A DNA stretch of 61,229 bases, the filler included, from Hausera hauseri (taxonomy: Eukaryota), in assembly GCA_046269625.1 (NCBI GenBank). It is 10 parts of 10 records of this genome, joined end to end, with 100 filler letters (N's around TTAATTAATTAA, not from the genome) between each part and the next. Parts side by side here need not be neighbours in the genome. Positions count along the whole stretch, not along the records: positions 1 to 8,289 come from JBJURY010702104.1; positions 8,390 to 12,627 come from JBJURY010682994.1; 8 more parts are not named here. One strand, given 5' to 3'. A program made the translations under genes and the position numbers. The notes beneath the pieces were generated by a model. The model had not been told where the DNA came from. It did not search any database and was given only the letters and a program-made list of their open reading frames with translations. Positions 1-9,679 of this stretch are shown in pieces; the stretch's first letter is position 1, and each line of letters opens with the position of its first letter.

Positions 1-63
1 AATTAGTTGAAATTAAATAGAAGTTAAAAATAATGTTCCTAGTCTTTGAATATTTACTTTTCA

Positions 64-473
64 GGTGAATTGTGTCCCATTTGCATAGAAGTTTCTACAG
101 ACCGAACCACTCTACCATGTAACCATCAATATTGTCCGACATGAATATTTACGTGGTTAAATGAACAGAATACATGTCCATGCTGCAGAAGAATGTGGAA
201 ATTACAGGATGTTTAAACTTAGTAACTAAAACAATAGTGACACTTTTCTGTCGGCATATGTTTTGTCAAATTTGTATAAGTGAACATTTGCGAAGTAGTT
301 GGTTCTGCCTAGTATGCGATAAATGTATAGAATTCTGTTCCCTGGGATTACTGAGAGTGTACACGGACGTTGATGACAGACCATCAAGTACGTTAATAAT
401 AGATGAAGATGAAGAGGATTGGCCCGAAGAGTGGAGAAATCTTAGACCATTTGTAACCACCGAACACTTATAA
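64..473 (+). pseudogene. Tandem RING-finger (C3HC4) protein, disrupted
   Basis: After an acceptor-like ttttcag (ends 63): CPICIE..LPCNHQYCPT*IFTWL..TCPCCR, with a stop at a Cys position. A frameshifted second RING follows (CRHMFCQICI..WFCLVC), then an acidic tail. AATAAA at 485-490. Confidence 0.75.
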
Positions 474-588
474 TTGTGAGTATGAATAAATATAGTAGTT
501 ATTTTGTTATTGAAAGAATTAATGTTAATTTTGTTAAGATACCCAACTTACCTATTCTACATATAACCATCAAGGAAAGTTTATAGCA

Positions 589-783
589 GTGGGACTCCTT
601 TTTGCTATCTGCTTGAACCTATACTCAATCAACCCCGTTACGTTGGCAAATTGCACCTACGAATTTTGCCGAGCCTGTCTTAAAAAATTATTTAAGGTGT
701 CGGTTTCTTGCCCATATGCCGAAGCATCAATAGGATTTGTAGAAATGGACACAAATATTTTACTACTAAAATGTTGTAGATAA
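589..783 (+). pseudogene. Degenerate RING-finger ORF
   Basis: AICLNL..PVTLANCTYEFCRACLKK..VSCPY matches RING spacing with several ligands lost. AATAAA at 783-788. Confidence 0.6.
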
Positions 784-856
784 ATAAAAAATTTTGTATT
801 TGTGATATGAATATGCTTAAATAAATGTAAATATTTCAGTTAAACTGGAGGAATCA

Positions 857-1300
857 ATGATCCTAAGCACAGAATTCAAAACACCTGAGCAGTATGAATG
901 CACAGGCTCATTTCAACCTAACACAATACAATATCTATTACATTATCAAAACAGACAACATGGACCAGCGTCATTTGGTAAGAGAATAATAAACTACGCT
1001 AAATTAAAAGTGTTAGATGATTCCATGAAGGATACTCAAAATAGGAAGATATCATTTCTAAGTCACCCAGACTTACACATCCCAGGAGAGTTAGCACAGC
1101 TGTACGCGAAAACCGGATTATTCCGAACTACAACAGGACGGATCAAATGTCTCCATTGTCAAGGGGAATTCCAATACGAACAGATGAAAGATCGACAAAA
1201 GGAAGTGTATAAGAAATTGTATTCCACTTGTTCTTACTTACTGGATGTTAATGTAAGTAACATACCTGGTAGCAGAGCGTGGTTTACGCTACCCTTGTGA
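857..1300 (+). CDS. BIR (baculovirus IAP repeat)-like protein, divergent
   Basis: NRKISF..HP..LYAKTGLF..IKCLHC..D..YKKLYSTCSYL..VSNIP follows the BIR pattern R..SF..P..LA.AGF..V.C..C..EH..C.F..NVP. The His ligand is replaced by Tyr. Confidence 0.65.
   Translation: MILSTEFKTPEQYECTGSFQPNTIQYLLHYQNRQHGPASFGKRIINYAKLKVLDDSMKDTQNRKISFLSHPDLHIPGELAQLYAKTGLFRTTTGRIKCLHCQGEFQYEQMKDRQKEVYKKLYSTCSYLLDVNVSNIPGSRAWFTLPL
1267..1284 (+). promoter_or_regulatory. Primer-binding site (tRNA-iMet) of BEL/Pao element 1
   Basis: TGGTAGCAGAGCGTGGTT is complementary to the 3' end of metazoan initiator tRNA-Met. It lies 4 nt after ..TAACA (1262), a typical LTR end. Confidence 0.8.
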
Positions 1301-2899
1301 TCCGGGAGTGTAAACCACGACTTCTGATCGTCTTGAGAAGTTTCCATGTCCTTTTCCTTGGCTCCAGTACTTTTTATCTTCGTTATTTTAATGTTGAACA
1401 AGCGAAAATCTTCTTAAGAGACACCAAACTCACAGATCAAGTCGGAGAAGGTTGTGAAAGTGCTTCTGTGAGTTGCGGTGAAATTAAAGAAGTGCCGCCT
1501 TATAAGAGAATGGTTCGGTTTTGGGCAGAGTGCCCATTAAAATTAGAACAAATGGCCATAGTTCTTAAAAGAACTTGGCTTGATACTAGAGTGACGGAGA
1601 ACCGAAAATTGAAGAGTTTCAAAGAGTTGGAAAGGCACTGGATAAGGAAAGAAGAAAGTCACGCTTCCCAGATAAAAAGAGTTATTGAAACGAGTAGGTG
1701 TGAAGATGGAAATACTAAGGAAGTCTTGACAGAAAAGGAGAAGGATGCTAGTTTTAAACAGGTCTATATAAGAGTTAAGGAAGACGTTTTGATCCTATTA
1801 GATCTAGAAAACGTTAAAACGGTAAGCGTCTTAAGTAGCGAAATAGAAAGCAAATTGAAAATACCAAAAGAACTGTTGAAGTTGATTTGTTGTGGTAAAA
1901 GGATAATAACAGATAAGGACGTAGAGGAGTTAGCTCATGGGACCACTATACATCTAAATTTTGGATTAAAAGGAGGAAGCAAAAAGTCAAATAAAAATTA
2001 CGAGAAGAAACTTAAGGCGAGCTCAGAGAGTTCAAAGAGATTGACAAAGGAGTTTAAAACAAGGTTTTTAAGGAAAGACAAGTTGAAGTCCCGGTTGGAG
2101 AATATACATGGAAGATTATACGTCGACAACTCTGAAGAGAGAATTCGGAAGACCTATGATGAATTCTGTGCAATCTATGAAGAAAGCGTCTCAGAAATAT
2201 TGAAATTTCAGATTGAGGCAAAACAACAAAACAGGCCCGACGAATTAGAGTACCTAATTCAAGACAGAGAGGTCTTAAGTCAACTAAATGCCGATATAGA
2301 AGCTACCAGAGGCATTAATTAGTCAATGGAAAAGACATCGTAAAAGTTATAGAAAATATGAAACAGTCGGCGAGTTGAAGAATTGGTTAGAAGAAGAAGC
2401 TGATATTCGCCGTGTATCTGCAGAATCCGCGCATGGTATAGACGTTCTAGAAAAGAAAGAGCAAAGGAGTGTAAAGCCCGATGATTATCGACATAACAAA
2501 GGTAATGACCACCGTCAAAAACATAGTTCGGAAGAAAAAAGAGTAAACCAGCATTACAATCATTTAACTGAGGTCAAAAGGTTCCAAAATACTAAAAGAA
2601 CGTGTTGGGCATTTGCAAAAGGGAATTGCACTTTCGGGAAGCAATGTAAACATTCGCATGGGAGTAATGAAGAAAAGGGTGGAAACCAAAAGAGAATATG
2701 CAGATATTACCAGCATGGGAACTGCAGAAACGGCGATAAATGTCAGTTCGAACATGAAACTACAGAATCAGATATACTGAGGAGTAAAAAACAACACGTT
2801 CTGGGACCTGGCAATCGGAGACAGACGTCAGATGACATTAGTCAAGAGAAGCTGAGAGAACCCTCATTAAGTGGGAGTCAGAGAAAAGTGAACGAGTAG
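1279..2899 (+). pseudogene. Gag-position ORF: ubiquitin-like domain (1756-1977), coiled coil, two CCCH zinc fingers (2603-2755); one stop/frameshift
   Basis: KQVYIR..TVSVLSSEIESKLKIPKELLKLICCGKRI..GTTIHLNFGLKGG is ubiquitin-like. CWAFAKGNCTFGKQCKHSH and CRYYQHGNCRNGDKCQFEH are both C-x7-C-x5-C-x3-H. Confidence 0.8.
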
Positions 2900-2967
2900 G
2901 AGAAGCTCGAGAGTGGTCAAAATAAGAGCTACGTAACGGAGACACAGCACAGAAGAGAAAAACGAAA

Positions 2968-5900
2968 TGTCTTTGAGGACAATTTCGGTGACTGTGCGCA
3001 ATGGGAAGTACGAGGAGAAGATTAACATCCTATTAGATGATGCGAGTACTGACAGTTACATTAGTACTTAAGTAGCAGAAAAGTTGCAGTTAGAACAAGA
3101 ACCAGAATCGATGTCGGTAGAAGTCTTAGGTGGTGAGAAGAGGAGGAGAAAAGCAACAAGGGTCGAATTTCACCTTTGTAGTTTAAATAGAAAGTTAGAA
3201 GTGAAGGTCTCAACACAAACAATAGAGAATGTTGTAGGTAATCTAAACGCGACCAATTGGAACAGATCGAGAAACAAATGGAACCATTTAAAGGAAATAC
3301 ATTTCCCAAAGGTGATAAAATCAGGAAAGGTCGATGGGTTAATAGGAGTAAATTATATTCAGCTTCACCGAGCAATAAGAGATATCCGGGAAGGAAGGAA
3401 AACCTGTGACTCGATTAACACCCCTAGGGTGGACCTACATTGGAGCAATATCAACAACGAGATCATTGCAGAAGCGAACCAACTTTGTTATATGTTTCTT
3501 CTCAAGTGGAGAAGAATTAAAGGATGATTTAGAGAGGTTATGGAGACTAGAAGATATGTTAGAAAAGAACCAACAGTGGACAGAGGAAGAAGAGGGAATA
3601 ATGGAGAGATCTAAGGAAGATATGAGGTACGTTAATCACAGGTACGAAGTCAAAATTCCATGGAAGAAAGACCCACAAGAGTTGCCAGATAACAATAGAA
3701 TTGCTAGGAGAACAAACTAGCAAAGGATTTCAAATTGAAGGAGGGGTACCAGAACCAAATAGACGAACACGAAAAGAAAGGATATATAAAGGATGTCACA
3801 GACGAAGTGGAAAACAATACGACCGGATGGACTCTACCACATTTTCCAGTTGTAATGAGAGATTCCGAGATGACAAAGATTAGAATAGTGTTCGATGCAG
3901 CTGGAACATATCAAAAAACAAATGGACTCACTTAAAAGAAATACTTTTCCCAAAGGTGATAAAGTCGGGAAGGGTCGATGGGTTAATAGGAGTAAATTAT
4001 GTTCAGCTTCACCGAGCAATCAAAGAGATATCCGGGAAGGCAGGAGAACCTGTGGCTTGATTGACACCACTAGGTTGGACCTGCATTGGTCCAACAATAA
4101 CAACGAGACCAATACGTAAGCGCTCCAATTTCACTCGATGTTTTTTCTCGGGAGAAGCGGAACTGAAGGATGATTTAGAACGGTTATGGAACCTTCAAAA
4201 TATGTTAGAAAGGAACCAACCGTGGACAGAGGAAGAAGAAAGAATAATGAAGAAATCCAAGGAAGACATGAAATATATTAATGAGATATGAAGTTAGTAT
4301 TCCATGGAAGAGGAATCCACAGGAATTACCAGGCAATAACCGAGTTGCTAAGCGACGATTATCACTGTTGGAGAACAAATTACAAAAAGATGTAGAATTG
4401 AGAGAAGGATATCAAAAGCAAATAGATGAGCACGAAAGAAAAGGATATGTAAAACAGGTCACAGACGAACTGGAAAACAATACGACCGGATGGACTCTAC
4501 CACATTTTCCAGTTGTGAGGAGATTCCGAGACAACAAAGATTAGAATAGTGCACGGGTCTTAGTTTAAACGATATGATTCATCAAGGGCCAAAGTTGCAA
4601 TTAGACCTAGTAGATATATTAATCAGGTTCAGAAAATACAAGATTGCTATGGTGTGTGATATTACAGAAATGTTTCTACAAATTTGGGTGACACAGGATG
4701 ACCGAAGATACTTAAGATTTCTTTGGAAAGAAAAAGATACTGAGAAAGTCTATGAATTTCAAAGATTTGTATTTAGATTGAATACATCACCATACCTAGC
4801 ACAATTAGTGAGTCGTGTAAACGTTAAGAAACACGCCAAACGTGTACCTAAAGCGGCATGGGTAGTTAAAAACGCTACGTACATGGACGATAGTTTAGTG
4901 TCTGTTAGGACAGAAAACGAAGCAGTAAAAATGTACCGTGATCTAAAATGGTTGTCGAGTCAGGCCAGTATGTTAGCGAGAAAATGGGTCTCAAATTCCG
5001 AGAGATTGCGAGAAATCATACCGGAAGATAAAAGATAAGCGTGTTACCAGATGGTAAATGAAGAGACCAAGACAAAAGCTCTAGGTATGAGGTGGAACGC
5101 TAATAGTGACGTATTCTCCTTCGATAAAAAAAATCCAATTAGAAGAAATTACTACAAAAAGAAATTTTTTGAGCTCAGTAGCTAGAATATTTGATCCATT
5201 AGGGTTTCTTAGTAGTTATTTAATGAAAGGAAAGTTGATTATCCAAGAAATGTGAACGTACGGTGCAGATTGGGACGAACAATTCCCAGACCACCTAATC
5301 AAGCGAGCGAAAGAATGGGTATCATAACAGGGTTTAGATAAAGTTAAAATAAGACGTGTCCTAATAGCCTCCCAGGCACCGTATGAAATACATATTCTGT
5401 GATGCGTCCAAGGATGTTTATAGAGCCGTGGCTTACCTGGTCACCACGGGAGATAAAAGAAAGGGTAACATAATCGTAGCAAAAAGTAAAATATCGCCTA
5501 CAAAGGTAGTATCGGTACCACGAATGGAGTTACTAGCTGCAGTAACAAGAATAAAAGTAGGACAGAAGATTTCGATGGCACTAGAATACGATAACAAACA
5601 GTTGTGCTATTGGAGTGACAGTATGGACGTACTACATTGGGTAAAGCAACACGGGAAGTTGTATAAAATCTTCGTAGCAAATAGAATCAGTTATATACAA
5701 GAAAGGTCAAAAGGAGCGCAATTGAGGTACATACCGACTAAAATTAACCCTGCAGACGTTTTAACTAAAGGTTCCACAATAATTCAGTTATCTGAGAAAC
5801 AGTTATGGTGGCAGGGACCGGAATTTTTAGTAAAGGCCGAAGAAAGTTGGCCAATACAGCCGACCATAAAAGAAGAATTCGATAAAGAAAAGAAGAAATT

Positions 5901-7466
5901 GACGCTACACACGAATATTCCGATTGAACAAATTATCTCAGAAGAAACAGTGCAAGAAAACTCAAGATGGAGCCAACTTATAAACATGAAGGCTAGAGTT
6001 GAAAAACAATCAAACGGATAATCAAAGTGGTGGAGATGAAAGCCAATTATTCAAAAAGGCTAGAGTACTGATATTGAAGGAAAATCAAAAGAATGAATTG
6101 GCTGAGGATTTGAAAGCATTGGAAAGAGGAATAGAACCAAAAGGAAGAAGTTTGATTCGAAAAGCCAACCCAATAATCACAGAAGATGGACTAATTAGGA
6201 GTAATAGTAGGCCGGTAACAAGTGAGTTCTTGCTGTGGGAGTTCAAATACCCAGTAATACTACCAAACAAAAGTAAAATAGCCAAACTCATCGTGGAACA
6301 TTACCACATGAAGTTAAAGCATTGCGGAGGGATAAACCATCAAATAGCGGAGATTTCACAAAAGTATTGGATCCCCGGGTTAAGGAAATTAGTGAAAAGT
6401 TACAACACTTATTGTAAGAGATGCAGAGAATATAATGCAAAAGGAATGAAAGTTGAAATGGCACCAATCCCAGAATTTCGATTGCGAGAGCCTTTAAAAG
6501 CCTTCGATAAAGTAGGAATAGATTATGCTGGTCCCATATTTACGAAACAAGGACGAGGTAGACCTAGAGGAAAAAGATATCTGCTTATTTAGCTGCTTGA
6601 TGAACAGACAAGTGCACTTAGAAGTAGCTACAAACTTGGAGACAAACGCCTTTATAAGGGCCTTTCAAAGATTCATGGCCAGGCGAGGAAAACCATCTCT
6701 TGTGATAACAGATAACGGAACCAATTTTGTAGGCGCCAACAAAGAAGTTGTAGAAATACGGGTCGACTCATATCGAATAAAGCAGGAGTTAGAAAAAGGG
6801 GAGATCAGATGGATATTTAATCCGCCTTCAGCACCACATTTTGGAGGAGTATTTGAAGCGATGATAAAAGCTACCAAAAGAGCACTATATAAGGTACTGT
6901 CAAATGCAGACGTTAATGACGAAGAGTTAAACACGGTATTGATTGAAGTTGAAGCAATCTTGAATTCAAGACCCCTAACTGTATCATCTGGAGATGGAAG
7001 AGATGACGTTCTTTTATCACCCAATCATTTTATAATAGCGGGATACCAAGGGGAGATGGGTGATAGCCTAACCGGGACTACAAAAGCACAGATGAATAGA
7101 CGCTGGAGATATATACAGAGCTTAGTAGATCAATATTGGATAAGATGGCAAAATGAATTGCTAACGAAGTGGAGAGATAGGACAAAATGGGATTCTTGTG
7201 GCGAAAGCCTAATGGTAGGGGAAGATGTTTGGCTACTAGATGGAAACAGTAAAAGAGGGCAATGGCCAGTGGGAAAAATAACAAGAATATTCCCGGGAAC
7301 GGATGGACAGGTTCGGGTCGCTGAGTTGAAAATTGGAGCAGAAACGATGATAAAATCCGTGAATAAAATGTGTAAGATCAATGAGAGGCTAGAGGACTGG
7401 ATGGATAATGATACAGCTATAGTCCGGATTACCCCAAGGAGGAGGGAAATGTTGGAACCCGACTGA
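2968..7466 (+). pseudogene. pol: BEL/Pao pol (PR-RT-RH-IN), multiply frameshifted
   Basis: Ordered Pao motifs across ORFs 3084-7466, including TPLGW, YMDD, FDPLG, FCDAS and integrase DDE motifs. Confidence 0.93.
3273..4550 (+). repeat. Diverged tandem duplication of ~640 bp inside pol
   Basis: About 3273-3890 and 3918-4550 both run from aacaaatgga..tttcccaaaggtgataaa to gattagaatagtg and encode parallel TPLGW..TTGWTLPHFPVV peptides. Confidence 0.85.
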
Positions 7467-8289
7467 CTAGTTGGGTAATCCGGAAGACTTGAAGTATAGA
7501 TAAGAAAGGTGTATATAGTATATATAGAGATATGCGTGCGAGCATGCGTGTGTTTATGTATAGAACGGAGTGAGTGAATGGTAGCGTTGAATATAAGTAT
7601 ATTGTACATATATATTTTATGTTTATCATGTGAATTTTGTGTGGAATTGAGATTGTTTGAGAGAAACCTGCGTGCATGAAGATGTCAGGTATGTGCGAAT
7701 ATTTAAAAGAACAATGTGATGTAATAAAAATGCAAGTGTGACAATTCCTGTCAGCATTCGGAGGACCGGGGGGGCAGGGAAATCGTTGTGGGAGCATTGT
7801 TTTCGCTGCGATTGCATTATTCGTGAGCTACATCATGAAGCTATTGACAGTCCATTGCTACGATTATGTATCTTATACCATCTCCATAGGATGCTAAAAC
7901 AACTGCGTTTAATTCAAACGTATTGATAGGTCCAATTACAATGTTGTATAACAAAAGATGGTTAACTTGCACAGTCCGGTAAGGACCCTCGGGGATAATA
8001 CGACGTGTTTGTGATAACAAAGAATTAAGGTGACGGAGTTTCTAAAGAATTAAAAAAGTATGATGAAAATCGCGTCGAGGCTTCATCAAAGTTGACGAAT
8101 TTCGATGAGACAATCACTATGAAATGACAAGAACAAATATCAAACAATGTCTTAAAATGGATAAAGGTAGTAGAAACAAAATGGAGAATGAACTTGATAG
8201 CTCATTACTCACCGAAGCCTTCAGAATTTATCCTAGGAGTTTATTTTAGGGAAAATTGTCGAATAGGTGGAATGTATAGCAAAATCCAA
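7436..8289 (+). repeat. Polypurine tract (7436-7449) and start of 3' LTR (TGTTGG at 7450), truncated by contig end
   Basis: AAGGAGGAGGGAAA followed by TGTTGGAACC. The same junction occurs at 31063-31086. Confidence 0.8.
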
Positions 8290-8389
8290 NNNNNNNNNNN
8301 NNNNNNNNNNNNNNNNNNNNNNNNNNNNNNNNNTTAATTAATTAANNNNNNNNNNNNNNNNNNNNNNNNNNNNNNNNNNNNNNNNNNNN
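8290..8389. other. Artificial contig spacer (N-run/TTAATTAATTAA/N-run); repeated at 12628, 20045, 26799, 32019, 42751, 47068, 51573, 56324
   Basis: Identical 100-nt spacer with a six-frame stop linker, nine times. Confidence 0.98.
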
Positions 8390-9679
8390 TCACTGATTTA
8401 ATTCTTTCAATGATGACTACAATTTTATACTTGGAAATAATTATTTCCCTTTAACTATTAATTGCTTACAACCCATTACTCTACAGTTACCATTTTTGAA
8501 AACAACCAAAGTATATTTGTCCAATCTCAGTACATATTGTTGCGGTTTCCATTGATTGAATTGTAAATGTTCACGATAATTTATTGTTAAAATCATATTG
8601 CTTACATTTACTTTTTCCTTGCATCTAATATATTTTTTACGTGTGACGCATACTCCATAAAATTCGATTTTTACCTAAAATATTTCTCTAAAACCACATA
8701 AAGTTCATGTGTTCAAAGTTCACATGTACGTAGAAAATTCGTTTTCCTCTTCTGTACAATGATGGAGATGCGTAAAAACTTTGCGACACACACACACATC
8801 CATAATCAGTAACCGATGACCGATCGATTAAACCCGATTATGTTTAATTTGGATGAAATTTTTTCCAGTTTCCACAGGGTATGCCCGATTTTAGATGTTT
8901 CTCATCGCACTTCCGTTCCGGATTGGGTTATTTACATTCGGACACCGTGATCGAATAGCCCGCGTCTTGGGCTTTTGTTTGATATGCTACTCTACACTAG
9001 ATTCCATCATCAGTGCACACACATATGGGTCTTTGGGACGTAATCGGTGCATAGTGCTGCTTTCTTCCAGGTACNNNNNNNNNNGGCTACTCTTCGCCCT
9101 ATTATTACGGGATCGGTGCCGACTCACCGATAACATTTTCCAGTTCCTCATAAACCATATGCCAGCCCTGGCGAACCTTTTTGCCCTCGCCTCGTTCCTT
9201 GGGCTTTCGATGTGCCATTGCTGTCCTATCATTTCTGTGCCATACATGACCGTACACCATTTCCTTCTAACATCCGCTTTTTTCGTGTACTTCCCCTGCT
9301 TCCGGGGTGCACCGTGCACTTTGATGGTGTTTTTTGAAATCTCCGTCGACGATTCTTCCTAGCCAGTGCCTGTGCGCATCAAGCACGCTTCGGATTGGCT
9401 GCGTGGTGGGAGGTGGTGAGCCAGGACCGGCATTTTGCTAATACTGACCACTAATACCAAAAATTCGAAGGAGACTTAAACAATTGAATAATGTTCATAA
9501 ACATCTCAAATCAGTGACTAAGCGGTGCGTAAAGAATACAAAGACGAAGGACATTTACTAAAAACGCATATAAATAATCGCACTATACTAAACAGCACAA
9601 AGATAATCACCGGTGGGTACGTAGAATATCCTGTACAATATTGTTTACTTACTCGAATGTAATATTGTCTGGTGATATC

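Larger units (their letters stand above)
1..8289 (+). mobile_element. BEL/Pao LTR retrotransposon copy 1 (decayed), with UBL-CCCH ORF1
   Basis: PBS, ORF1, protease (LLDDAS), RT (KIRIVFDA, GPKLQ, YMDD), RNase H (FCDAS, NPAD), integrase (GIDYAGP, DNGTNF, PHFGGVFE), PPT and TG-starting LTR. The 5' limit is inferred. Confidence 0.9.

Noticed and set aside
6665-7609. Antisense ORFs over pol genes (here and in other elements)
   Set aside because: Shadow frames of the coding strand with no independent motifs.
7835-8289. Possible signal-peptide ORF (env or accessory gene) in the BEL 3' LTR
   Set aside because: Needs several frameshifts and stops, has no recognisable motif, and has no clear counterpart in copy 3.
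8334-8345. Recurrent palindrome TTAATTAATTAA
   Set aside because: Always centred in 100-nt N spacers. It is an artificial six-frame stop linker, so adjacency across it has no biological meaning.
8895-9362. ORFs on both strands spanning an N gap
   Set aside because: No recognisable domain and interrupted by Ns.
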